NCBI GenBank assembly: GCA_964464035.1 | Contig: CAYXEN010000007.1 | Coordinates: 868 to 64,867 of the forward strand | From: an uncultured bacterium | Lineage (GTDB): Bacteria > Krumholzibacteriota > Krumholzibacteriia > WVZY01 | Length of the DNA: 64,000 bases | Reading direction: 5' to 3' | Shown: in pieces, positions 20,775 through 29,825 of the stretch | How positions within the stretch are numbered: position 1 is the stretch's first letter | How the letters are laid out: the number at the start of each line of letters is the position of its first letter | Program-made: the position numbers and the translations under genes | Notes under the pieces: generated by a model | The model's input: the letters and a program-made list of their open reading frames with translations, nothing else | Told to the model about the DNA's origin: nothing | Databases searched by the model: none

Positions 20775-21776
20775 TTGCAAACCGACTTCGACATCGCCGT
20801 GATAGGAGCGGGACCGGCGGGGATAGGCGCCGCGCTCCAACTCAAGCTTCTAGGGATGAACCCGCTCGTGATCGAGAAAGCGACGCCCGGAGGCCTTCTC
20901 GCGTGCGCCCGAAAGGTTCGTAATTATCCCGGCTTCCCCGGCGGTATAAAAGGCCGGGACTTGGCGGCGGGCATGGCGAGACAACTCGAGGATTCGGGCG
21001 TCGACGTCGTGAAGGCCCGGGTGGAGTACGTGGAAAAAACACCCCGGGGGTTCTTCGTCCGGACCGACTCCTTCGAGTTCGAGGTCTCCCGTGTCGTTCT
21101 GGCGAGCGGGACCGAGCCCAGGCCGGTTCCTCCCGAGATCGCCGTGATCGACAATCGCCGGTGCGCGGCTGTCGACTCGTCCGCCGGAGAGGAAGAGAAA
21201 CGCCACCCGCAACCGCGATTGCACGACGACATCCGCGGGTTGTTTCCTCTCGTGGAGGAGGATGGGTCGGCGCGAATCCTCATCCTCGGAGGAGGAGACC
21301 TCGCCTTCGATTACGCGCTCTCCCTCCACGAGGCGGGCGCCCACCCGGTCATCATAAACCGGAGCCCGAAACCCAGGGCCTCCGCTCACCTGCAGGAAGA
21401 GATACGTGCGAGAGGCATCGAGGTCGTATGCAGTTTCGCCGTGGAGGCGATGGAGACAGGCGGGGAAAGCGTGACCATGAGAAGCGGCGATGACGAATGC
21501 AACGGCGATTATGTTCTCCTATCGATCGGCAGGATTCCGTGCATCGATTTTCTCTCTCCCGATCTTCGCAAGGAGCTCGAGACATCGTCCCGCATCGAGG
21601 GTTTCTACCTAGCAGGGGACGTGCATCGCGGGACATTCAGGCAGGCCGCGATCGCGGCCGGTGACGGCGTCCTAGCAGCCATGCGAGCCGCCCGGGAGAT
21701 TGCCGCCGGGGAGTCGATGCCGGATCGGCGGCCGGCCTCGAAAAACGAAAAATCGAAAGAAAGGATACTCGGATGA
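20775..21776 (+). CDS. FAD/NAD(P)-binding oxidoreductase (thioredoxin-reductase-like fold, no CxxC)
   Basis: TTG start with SD GGAGA. DIAVIGAGPAGIGAAL dinucleotide motif and a second GG motif (ILILGGGDLAFDYA). Its stop overlaps the next gene start (ATGA). Confidence 0.7.
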   Translation: MQTDFDIAVIGAGPAGIGAALQLKLLGMNPLVIEKATPGGLLACARKVRNYPGFPGGIKGRDLAAGMARQLEDSGVDVVKARVEYVEKTPRGFFVRTDSFEFEVSRVVLASGTEPRPVPPEIAVIDNRRCAAVDSSAGEEEKRHPQPRLHDDIRGLFPLVEEDGSARILILGGGDLAFDYALSLHEAGAHPVIINRSPKPRASAHLQEEIRARGIEVVCSFAVEAMETGGESVTMRSGDDECNGDYVLLSIGRIPCIDFLSPDLRKELETSSRIEGFYLAGDVHRGTFRQAAIAAGDGVLAAMRAAREIAAGESMPDRRPASKNEKSKERILG

Positions 21777-22696
21777 ATCTGCAAGTGTTGGAAGAGAGGG
21801 GCGATTCTTCTCTGGCCCAGCTCTACGTAGCCAGGGTTCCCCGTCTCAAGGACGGAATCGTGGAATTCGCGCAGAGCTTGTGCCCGCCGATCCCGGTCGA
21901 GGAGAAGTGGGTTCTCATCGTGTCGAGCTCGGCGGGTTGTCCCGTGCGATGCAGGATGTGCGACGCGGGGAGTTTCTTCAAGGGCTTTCTCACCGGCGAC
22001 GAGATGCTCGCGCAGATACACCATCTGGTGCGAAAGAGATTCGGGGGCGTGCGCGTGCCGGTAGCCAAGTTCAAGATCCAGTTCGCCAGGATGGGGGAGC
22101 CGGCCTTCAACCCCGAGGTCCTGAATCTGCTCTCGAGGCTTCCCGAAGAACTGGATGCCGAGGGTCTCATGCCATGCATCTCCACCATAGCGCCCGCCGG
22201 CTCGGAGAGCTTCATGAACCGTCTTACGCGGATAAAAAACCGCCTTTACGCCCGCGGCAACTTCCAGCTGCAGATTTCCATTCACACGACGGACGAGACG
22301 GCGCGTGACTTTCTCATGCCGGTGAGGAAACTCTCCTTCGCCGAGCTCTCCGAGTTCGGCGAGGCGTTCCATTCCAGGGGGGACCGCAAGATCACCCTCA
22401 ACTTCGCCGCCGCGAGGGGCTTCCCCATCGATGCAAGAGTCCTCGAGCGCTACTTCGATCCGGCCAGGTTCCTTGTGAAGATAACCCCCTTGAATCCCAC
22501 GCGGAGCATTTTCAGGCACGGGCTCAAGAGCCTTCTCAAGTGGCAGGACCCGATGAGCCACGCCGGCATCGAGCGGGAGCTCCGGAGGGCGGGATACGAA
22601 GTGATAATAAGCTACGGCGAAGAGGCGGAAAACGAGATCATGACCAACTGCGGCCAGTTCGCTTCGTGCGACAGGATACTCGAGGAGATAGTCTGA
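21773..22696 (+). CDS. radical SAM protein, RlmN/Cfr-like core
   Basis: CxxxCxxC as SSSAGCPVRCRMCDAG parallels the RlmN SSQVGCALECKFCST region. At 307 aa it is shorter than canonical RlmN. Confidence 0.65.
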   Translation: MNLQVLEERGDSSLAQLYVARVPRLKDGIVEFAQSLCPPIPVEEKWVLIVSSSAGCPVRCRMCDAGSFFKGFLTGDEMLAQIHHLVRKRFGGVRVPVAKFKIQFARMGEPAFNPEVLNLLSRLPEELDAEGLMPCISTIAPAGSESFMNRLTRIKNRLYARGNFQLQISIHTTDETARDFLMPVRKLSFAELSEFGEAFHSRGDRKITLNFAAARGFPIDARVLERYFDPARFLVKITPLNPTRSIFRHGLKSLLKWQDPMSHAGIERELRRAGYEVIISYGEEAENEIMTNCGQFASCDRILEEIV

Positions 22697-22699
22697 GCG

Positions 22700-23383
22700 A
22701 TGGATCCCTACGTCACTCCTGACAACATCGAAGACAAGGTGCAGGAATGGCGCCTGGCCCTCGAGCGCTTCGACCGCCCGCATATAACCCCGACACCCGG
22801 CCGCACCGCCCTTCTGATAGTAGACATGCAGAAGTACTTCACCAATCCCGGGGGCGGGGCGTTCCTGGGTGCGGTGCCCGCCATTGTACCTCGCATCAAA
22901 ACCCTGCTCGAGAGATGCAGGAGCGAGGCGATCCCGGTCGTATTCACCCGTCACGTTCACAAGCGCGGCGAAGACGGCGGCATGATGGAATCATGGTGGA
23001 AAGACCTGATCATGGCCGAAAACCCCGAGAGTGAAATAGACGAACGGCTCGAGCCCCGTCGAGCCGAAACGGTGATCGAGAAGAATCGTTACAGCGCCTT
23101 CTACCGGACCGAACTGGAAAAGATCCTCCGCTCGGCGAACGTGGACACGATCGTCATCTCCGGGGTGATGACCAACCTTTGTTGCGAATCGACCGCGCGC
23201 GACGCGTTCTTCAGGGATTTCAAGGTTTTCTTCTGCATGGATGCCACGGCTACGCTCAGCGAGACGATGCACTTCGGCTCCTTACTCAATCTCGCCTACG
23301 GTTTCGCGCGTATCACGACCGTCGCCGAATTGGAGGAGATGCAAGCATGGAAGCGAACTACAAAACAGGGACGACGCGGCTGA
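22700..23383 (+). CDS. isochorismatase-family cysteine hydrolase (nicotinamidase-like)
   Basis: ALLIVDMQKYF…, the catalytic Cys context ISGVMTNLCCESTARDA, and a conserved Lys region. Confidence 0.75.
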   Translation: MDPYVTPDNIEDKVQEWRLALERFDRPHITPTPGRTALLIVDMQKYFTNPGGGAFLGAVPAIVPRIKTLLERCRSEAIPVVFTRHVHKRGEDGGMMESWWKDLIMAENPESEIDERLEPRRAETVIEKNRYSAFYRTELEKILRSANVDTIVISGVMTNLCCESTARDAFFRDFKVFFCMDATATLSETMHFGSLLNLAYGFARITTVAELEEMQAWKRTTKQGRRG

Positions 23384-23910
23384 GGCTCGTTCGCGGCGAC
23401 ATCACGAAACAGGATACGGAAGCCGTCGTCAACGCCGCCAACTCCACGCTCATGGGAGGCGGCGGCGTGGACGGGGCGATCCATCGCGCGGGCGGGCCCG
23501 CGATTCTCGAGGAGTGCAAGGCGATAATAAGGGAGATCGGCTCCTGCCCGACGGGCGAAGCGGTCATCACCGGAGGCGGGAACCTCGAAGCCGAATATGT
23601 GATCCACACGGTCGGCCCCGTCTGGCGGGGAGGAAAGTCCGGGGAGGAAGAGCTCCTCGCCTCCGCCTACAGGAACTCGCTCGGCCTCGCCGCGGACAAG
23701 GGTATAAAGACGATCGCATTCCCTTCGATCAGCACCGGCGCCTACCGTTTCCCGATCGAAAAAGCGGCGGCGATCGCTCTTGCCGAGATCACCTCCTTCG
23801 TCCGCCAGCACCCTTTCGACGAAGTGAGATTCGTGCTCTTCTCCGAGGCGGATTTTGCAGCCTACAAGAAGGCGGCCGAGGATCTCGGCCTCGAAGCCGC
23901 GAGTGACTAA
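23347..23910 (+). CDS. macrodomain protein (O-acetyl-ADP-ribose deacetylase, YmdB/MacroD-like)
   Basis: VVNAANSTLMGGGGVDGAIHRAGG…FPSISTGAYRFP are the canonical macro motifs. SD GGAGGAG precedes the ATG. The gene overlaps the 3' end of the isochorismatase gene. Confidence 0.85.
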   Translation: MEANYKTGTTRLRLVRGDITKQDTEAVVNAANSTLMGGGGVDGAIHRAGGPAILEECKAIIREIGSCPTGEAVITGGGNLEAEYVIHTVGPVWRGGKSGEEELLASAYRNSLGLAADKGIKTIAFPSISTGAYRFPIEKAAAIALAEITSFVRQHPFDEVRFVLFSEADFAAYKKAAEDLGLEAASD

Positions 23911-24207
23911 CCAAGCAGCGGGTGGCGGCGATCTGGTTTCTTGCCTGCCTCGACATGCTCTCACGCTCCGGCGTCCTCGCGCGCCAATGTCTCAATCATA
24001 GCGCGCTGCGGAGTCGCGTTCGAGCATGTCGAGGCAGACTCGTCAATGGCCTGTCACTCGCTTCCTTGATCTTCGGAGACAATGGCAGCGGGTGGCGGCG
24101 ATTCGGGGCCCCCGCCGCGCGCAGCGCAAGCGAGCACGGTGGGGTGAGATCGCCGACAGGACCCGCGGCACTTCGGCAACGAGCCCAACGCAGCGGGTGG
24201 CGGCGAT
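23905..24207. repeat. three copies of an 18-nt direct repeat GCAGCGGGTGGCGGCGAT (23905..23922, 24085..24102, 24190..24207) in a convergent intergenic region
   Basis: Exact copies seen directly, with spacings of 180 and 105 nt, between the macrodomain gene stop and the helicase gene stop. Confidence 0.6.
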
Positions 24208-24231
24208 CCGGGCGGAGTGATGCGAGTGACA

Positions 24232-26739
24232 TCAGCGGCGCGCGTTGCGCTTGTACCTGCTCATGCGCTCGCGGAGCTTTTTCTCCAGTGCGATCGGGAG
24301 TTCCTTCATGTCCTTCGGGAAGACCGCGGCCGGCGCTTCCGCCGCCGGCACCCTGGCCGCTCCCTTGGCGGCCCTGGCGGGGACATACGGTTCCTTCTCG
24401 AGGAGATAGTGAAGAATAGATTTCGCCGCTTCCTTGTCCGGGATCATGCCCCGCGATTCCCCGTCAGGATCGTTCTGAGAGTAGGCGGGAATCGGAGAGC
24501 CCACGCACGAGGGGCATCCGTCCCCGCAAGGACACTTGTCGAGAAGCTCGAGCGAGCCTTCCATCACCTCTTCGATCATCTCGTAGACCTTGTGCGCGAA
24601 ACCCAGGCCGCCGGGATACCGGTCGTAGACGAAGAGCGCGGGCGCGTCGGCCGCCGAGGAATCGACGGACGCTCCCACGTCCATCGTGTCGCACATGACG
24701 AAGACGGGAATGACCTCCTTCATCACGTTCGCGACACCGAGGAGCCCTTCCCTCGGGACCCGGCCCGCCTCGCGCACGTAGCCGTACGCCTCCCGCGGGG
24801 GAACGATCCAGAAGCCCGTCGTCAGGAGCGTCAACGGGGGCAGGTCGAGGCTCCCGTATCCCAGCGAATCCCTGCTCCCGAACTTGATCTTCTTGAACAT
24901 GAACGTGACGGAAGTGACGGACAGATCCCCGAAGTACGCCTTGCTGCGGCGCCATTTCTTCTCGATCTCCTCCTTCTCTATCTTGATCTTCACTTCCGTT
25001 ATCGATTGCGTGTAGTAGTCGGTGTCCGTTTTCTCCACGAACGCTATCTTCTTCACCATGTCCAGGGAATTGACGAAATACGTCTCGCAATCGTGCATGT
25101 AGACCGCTTCGGGATGAACCTGCATGTGGGCGCTCGTCTCGTCGATGGTCCCTATGACCCTGTTCGCCTCGCCCTCCTCCACTATAGTATATATGTCGTC
25201 GCCGATGTTCCTGAGCTGCACGTCGGCCGAGGGGTACGATCCCCCGCACCAGTAATGCCTGCCCGCCTTGAACCTCACCTCGCGGTTCTCCTCGAGGAGC
25301 CTGAGCACCGCGCCGCAGTATTCGCCGAAGAGCCCCCACTCCTGCGGCTCGAGGGGGAGCTCGTAGGCTGCGGAGCGGAGATGCGAAAGGACTATGTGCG
25401 GATTGAAGGGATCGATCACCGCGTTCTCGGGAGACCTGCCGAAGAAATACTCGTGATGTTGCACCATGTACTGGTCGATAGGAGAATTGTGCGAGACGAG
25501 GACGGCCAGCGACGGCGCCTCTCCCCTGCCCGCCCTGCCGGCCTGCTGCCATGAGGAGGCGATCGTGCCCGGATAGCCCGCGAGCAGGGCCGCCTCGAGC
25601 GAGCCCACGTCGATGCCCAGCTCGAGGGCGTTGGTGCTCACGACCGCGTTCAGGCGACCCGAGAAGAGCTCCTGCTCGATCCTTCTCCTCTCCTCGGGAA
25701 GGTATCCACCCCGGTACGACTTCACCGCTTCCACCTTGGAAGGAGCCAGCCTGGCCAGTTCTTCCTTCACGTACTTCGTTATCACCTCGCTCACGACACG
25801 GGCTCGCACGAAGGCTATCGTCTGCACGCCGTCTGCGACGAGCTCCGCCATGAGTCTCGCCGCTTCCATGTTGCTGCTCCTGCGCTCCATCCCGCCGTCG
25901 TCCAGGAAAGGAGGATTCCAGAACACGAACGCCTTTTCCCCGCGCGGGGAGCCGTCTTCGTCGACGAGATGCATAGTGCGCCGCGTGAGTTTCTCCGCCA
26001 ACTCAAGGGGGTTGTGGATGGTCGCCGAACAACAGATGTAAACGGGACTGGAGCCGTAATGCCGGCATATCCGGTTTAGGCGGTTCAGAACGTGGCTCAC
26101 GTTCGATCCGAAGACGCCGCGGTAGGTGTGGATCTCGTCTACCACCACGAAGCGAAGATTGCTGAAGAATCGCGCCCACGTGCCGTGATTGGGGAGGATC
26201 CCGGCGTGCAGCATGTCCGGGTTCGTGAGAAGGACGTTTGCCTCGTTCTTGAGCTTCCTTCGCATGGAGGGAGGGGTGTCCCCGTCGTAGGTGCCGGTCT
26301 TCAGCGGAAGCAGCGGATCCTCCGCCTGGTAGCGCTGGAGCGTGCGTAGCTGATCCTGGGCGAGGGCCTTGGTCGGATATATATAGAGGGCGCACGAGGC
26401 GGGGTCCGCAAGCAGCGCCTCGAGAGCCGGAACGTTGTAGGCGAGCGTCTTTCCGCTGGCCGTGCCGGTGACGAGGACGACGCTCTTGCCTTCGCGCACG
26501 TTGCTTATCGCCTCGACCTGGTGGGAGTAGAGCGCTTCTATCCCTTCGCCGGCGAGGAGCGCCCGGATGCGTTCGGACAAGGGAGGGTCGAGAGCGGCGA
26601 ACTTGGCCTGCCTCGCGGGGATGGTCTCTATGTGGCTTATCTGTCCTTCGTACCAGGGGGCGGACTCGATCCTGGATATGAATCTCCGTACGTCCATACG
26701 TAGGATACTATCACTTCGCAGGCTCGCAAAAAAGATCAA
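24232..26739 (-). CDS. MrfA/YprA-like DEAD/DEAH-box helicase with C-terminal DUF1998 zinc-binding domain
   Basis: Walker A GTASGKT, DEAD-box VVDEIH, a helicase C domain, and a C-terminal CPCGDGCPSCVGSP Cys4 motif typical of DUF1998. Confidence 0.75.
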   Translation of the reverse strand: MIFFASLRSDSILRMDVRRFISRIESAPWYEGQISHIETIPARQAKFAALDPPLSERIRALLAGEGIEALYSHQVEAISNVREGKSVVLVTGTASGKTLAYNVPALEALLADPASCALYIYPTKALAQDQLRTLQRYQAEDPLLPLKTGTYDGDTPPSMRRKLKNEANVLLTNPDMLHAGILPNHGTWARFFSNLRFVVVDEIHTYRGVFGSNVSHVLNRLNRICRHYGSSPVYICCSATIHNPLELAEKLTRRTMHLVDEDGSPRGEKAFVFWNPPFLDDGGMERRSSNMEAARLMAELVADGVQTIAFVRARVVSEVITKYVKEELARLAPSKVEAVKSYRGGYLPEERRRIEQELFSGRLNAVVSTNALELGIDVGSLEAALLAGYPGTIASSWQQAGRAGRGEAPSLAVLVSHNSPIDQYMVQHHEYFFGRSPENAVIDPFNPHIVLSHLRSAAYELPLEPQEWGLFGEYCGAVLRLLEENREVRFKAGRHYWCGGSYPSADVQLRNIGDDIYTIVEEGEANRVIGTIDETSAHMQVHPEAVYMHDCETYFVNSLDMVKKIAFVEKTDTDYYTQSITEVKIKIEKEEIEKKWRRSKAYFGDLSVTSVTFMFKKIKFGSRDSLGYGSLDLPPLTLLTTGFWIVPPREAYGYVREAGRVPREGLLGVANVMKEVIPVFVMCDTMDVGASVDSSAADAPALFVYDRYPGGLGFAHKVYEMIEEVMEGSLELLDKCPCGDGCPSCVGSPIPAYSQNDPDGESRGMIPDKEAAKSILHYLLEKEPYVPARAAKGAARVPAAEAPAAVFPKDMKELPIALEKKLRERMSRYKRNARR

Positions 26740-27713
26740 ACTCCCCGCGCGATCGCGTTCATTATGACCGCCATGGCCAGCAGGTCCATGCGGTTGTGGT
26801 AGATGACGCCGCGGAGCAGGCGCGCGTCGCCCGTCTCTACGAAATGATGATAGACGATCGGGACGTATCTCCCGGGGATATCGCCGGTCCGACCGGTTCC
26901 GGTCAAGTGCTCGCGGACGGTTTCGAGTCTGCAGTTGGGCAGCCGCCGCCCGAATACCCTTCTCGCCGGAAAGAGCAGATCCAGCGGAACGAATCCGAAA
27001 TCGAAATCGACCCTGTTGACAGCCATTCTCGTTTTTATGAACGGAATGTCGAAAGAATCGCCGTTATAGGTGACGAGGTATTTGAACCCGCGGAGCTTCG
27101 ATTGCAACGCGACTAGCATGGCCTCTTCCTCCGAGTAATCGCGCGCGAAGACCTGTTCCACCGCGAAACGCCCGTCCTTCATGTACATGAGACCGGCGAG
27201 AAACACATACGTGGAAGGCGACAACCCCGCCGTTTCGATGTCGAAGAAACAGAATTCACCCGCGGCGGCATGCCGATCCGGGCGGGGCGCCCTGTTCCCG
27301 AAGATCCTTTCCAGAGCGAGAGGATCCGACAGTACGAGCTCGAAACCTTTCGCCGTTTCTTCGGCTTCCGAGTCGAAAGTCGAAGCATCGGTCTCTATCA
27401 AGTAATACTCCCCTCCTTCGCCGTCCACCACGACGCCGGGGACGGCCGCTTCCAGCGACAGCGGTTCCGAGGAATCGCTCGCAAGAGTATCGAACAGATA
27501 GTCGAGGTCGCTTGCCCGTTGGTTCATCAGGTGTGATTCCTCGTCTTTCGAAGATTTGCGTTCGACGCGGACTCGGCTCTTCTCCCCCAACCTCTTCGCC
27601 CTCGCCTTGAGCATTTCGAGCTTCTTTTTGAGACTATGCTCGGTCATGATCCGGTGCAATCCGCTCGATCCCGCCCGCATCGCGATCCGCCGCAGGAAGG
27701 GAAAACGCGTCAA
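26736..27713 (-). CDS. MrfB/YprB-like RNase H-fold (DEDDh-type) exonuclease
   Basis: The FFDIETAGL Exo I motif and YNGDSFDIPF (Exo II) are present. Its stop overlaps the start of the downstream helicase gene, so the pair looks like an operon. Confidence 0.6.
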   Translation of the reverse strand: MTRFPFLRRIAMRAGSSGLHRIMTEHSLKKKLEMLKARAKRLGEKSRVRVERKSSKDEESHLMNQRASDLDYLFDTLASDSSEPLSLEAAVPGVVVDGEGGEYYLIETDASTFDSEAEETAKGFELVLSDPLALERIFGNRAPRPDRHAAAGEFCFFDIETAGLSPSTYVFLAGLMYMKDGRFAVEQVFARDYSEEEAMLVALQSKLRGFKYLVTYNGDSFDIPFIKTRMAVNRVDFDFGFVPLDLLFPARRVFGRRLPNCRLETVREHLTGTGRTGDIPGRYVPIVYHHFVETGDARLLRGVIYHNRMDLLAMAVIMNAIARGV

Positions 27714-27764
27714 GCAGGAGGATTCATCCTCTCATGTTACAGCATCGCAGGGCTGCGGACAAAC

Positions 27765-27791
27765 GAAAAGCCCCGCCTCGCCCGGCGGGGC
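27765..27791 (-). terminator. Rho-independent terminator downstream of the radical SAM gene (minus strand)
   Basis: Minus-strand RNA reads GCCCCGCC-GGGCGA-GGCGGGGC followed by UUUUCGUUUGU. Confidence 0.5.
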
Positions 27792-27824
27792 TCCCTTCGC
27801 CGCCTGATCCTCGGCGAACGATCG

Positions 27825-29462
27825 TTACTGCAAGGGCTTGGAATACTCCCGCTCGATGCGTTCCCTGTACAGGGGACCCGAATTGTACGCGCAGAAGGGA
27901 TATATCATTCCATCGGGAGCCGCGTAATGAATGACGCATCTCTTGAGCCGGTCTATGTTGTAGTTGTAGACATCCTGGAAATGCATTCCCAGGAGAATGA
28001 GAAAACGCCATTTCCTCTTCTTGCCCACGTGGCTCCTGCTCCGAACCAGCGTCGGGCCGAGGGCTCCGAGGAAATCCGCGAAAGTCATTCCCGGAGGGGC
28101 ATCCTCCTGCCTGAAGTATTTCCGCATTATCCTCATCGCCTGGGCGAAGTAGATGGGCTTCTGGAGGAAGCTCCGAAGCTTGCCCGCCAGGTGATCGAGT
28201 TCCACCATGGCCGCCTCCAGGTCGATGAACTGGGTTATGGGGTAAGCCTCGCCTTTCGAATTGACGATGACGTAACAGCCGATGCCGCAATCGGAATGGC
28301 AGCTTATCGTCATCATGCTCTTGCCGCTGAGCGCCTCCATCAGCTTGGAGAGCGGCGAAACGAAAGACAAAGGATACCAGTCGCGCATCGGGTGCGCGAT
28401 CCCGGTCTGCTCGTATACTCCATACGCCAGGTCGGACAGCGTGAAGCGCTGCCTGATCCTCTCTTCGTACGAGATCCTCCCCGTGAATGAGACCGGCTGG
28501 AAACTCACGCCGTTCACGACGTCGAGGTAGTCGATCGCGGTGGATATGATCTCCCCGATCTGGTCCTCGTTGACGCCCCGGGCGAGCGTAGGGACGAGAA
28601 CCACCCTGATCCCAGCTTCCTTGCAATGCTCGAGGCACTTCCTCTTCAAATCCCAGAGATCAGCCGCCCTCGTCACCTTGTACACGTCATCGCCGGTGCC
28701 GTCGAACTGGAGATAGATCGCGTCCATCCCCGCCGCCTTCGCCTTTCTAGCGAAATCGAGGCTCCTGCCCATAGTGATACCGTTGGTGGCGACGAGGACG
28801 TAAGGAAATCCGACTCTCTTCGCCTCGCGAACCGCCCAGAGAAAATCAGGATGAATGGTGGGCTCGCCTCCGGAGAACTGGATCGTCTTGCAACGCCGGG
28901 GCTTGATCGCCCTCACGTTCGCGAGCATCTCGGCGATCTGTTCGCGGCCGACCGTATACTCGTAACCTGCGACATTCGCATTCGCGAAGCAATAGGGACA
29001 GGTCAGGTTGCAACGATTGGTCAGGTCTATTATCGTCATGCAGGCGGTGCTCAGATGCATGTTGCATAGCCCGCAATCCTCGGGACAGCTCACGGCACTC
29101 TGGACTCTGGGATTCGAGATGCCGTCCATGTCCGCAAAGCTCCACTTCTCCATCTTCAGGTACATCCGCACGTCGCCGTAGAACAGGTCCTTGAACTCCC
29201 CGTGCTTCGGGCAACTCTTGCGCATGAAGACCTTGCCTTCTTCTTCGTAGAGAGTGGCCGTTACATGTTCCCTGCACTCGGGACATATGGACGGGACCCT
29301 CTTGGGAAGTCCCTTCGGAGTGTTCTGCGTCGGCACTTCGACCGAAGAGACAGGCGGAGAAGCGATGATGCCTCTTACCTTGTCCGCCAGTTTTCTCGCA
29401 ACACCAGGTATTTCCGCATGCACCTCACGCATTTTCGAGCCTCCTTCTCCCGCAGCATGCAC
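27825..29462 (-). CDS. radical SAM protein with N-terminal zinc ribbon and C-terminal Cys-rich auxiliary-cluster region (Tes/MJ0619-like architecture)
   Basis: CPECREH…CPKHG zinc ribbon, CNLTCPYC radical SAM cluster, GGEPT SAM-binding motif, and a downstream CHSDCGIGCY cluster-like motif. Confidence 0.7.
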   Translation of the reverse strand: MHAAGEGGSKMREVHAEIPGVARKLADKVRGIIASPPVSSVEVPTQNTPKGLPKRVPSICPECREHVTATLYEEEGKVFMRKSCPKHGEFKDLFYGDVRMYLKMEKWSFADMDGISNPRVQSAVSCPEDCGLCNMHLSTACMTIIDLTNRCNLTCPYCFANANVAGYEYTVGREQIAEMLANVRAIKPRRCKTIQFSGGEPTIHPDFLWAVREAKRVGFPYVLVATNGITMGRSLDFARKAKAAGMDAIYLQFDGTGDDVYKVTRAADLWDLKRKCLEHCKEAGIRVVLVPTLARGVNEDQIGEIISTAIDYLDVVNGVSFQPVSFTGRISYEERIRQRFTLSDLAYGVYEQTGIAHPMRDWYPLSFVSPLSKLMEALSGKSMMTISCHSDCGIGCYVIVNSKGEAYPITQFIDLEAAMVELDHLAGKLRSFLQKPIYFAQAMRIMRKYFRQEDAPPGMTFADFLGALGPTLVRSRSHVGKKRKWRFLILLGMHFQDVYNYNIDRLKRCVIHYAAPDGMIYPFCAYNSGPLYRERIEREYSKPLQ

Positions 29463-29755
29463 GCAAGCATGCTTGAAACGCGATCATGCGCAATTCACGC
29501 ACTCGACAAGAATCTCCCTTCCATGCAAGTTCGAATGTGAACAGAATCAAAGATAAAAAGCCAGTATTCAGAAAAATCGGTGCCGGGTAAGATGCAACGA
29601 CCATCCCCGATCAGTCGGGACATGGATATGTATATAAGATACTACTTTTTTATCTTCCCCTGTCAAGACCTCCGAGCGATTTTTCCTCGGCCCGGTCGTC
29701 GCGCGCGCCCATCGTATGAGCACACACATAACTCGAATCATCTCAAATAGTTATC

Positions 29756-29784
29756 TTGCATATCGGCGGCAACTGTGATAAAAT
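29756..29784 (+). promoter_or_regulatory. sigma70-like promoter (-35 TTGCAT, 17 nt spacer, TGn extended -10 TAAAAT) about 40 nt upstream of the M14 peptidase gene
   Basis: Hexamers seen directly in an AT-rich island inside otherwise GC-rich DNA. Confidence 0.4.
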
Positions 29785-29825
29785 GTAATTCAAACGTCGA
29801 TTCTTCAATCCAGGGAGGCTGAAAA

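Noticed and set aside
23905-24207. CRISPR array interpretation of the triple 18-nt repeat
   Set aside because: Only three copies, unequal spacer lengths (162 and 87 nt), a repeat shorter than typical CRISPR repeats, and no cas genes in the window.
24232-27713. DISARM-like anti-phage system based on the DUF1998 helicase
   Set aside because: No methyltransferase, PLD-nuclease or SNF2 partner. The adjacent gene is a DEDDh exonuclease, matching the MrfAB repair pair instead.
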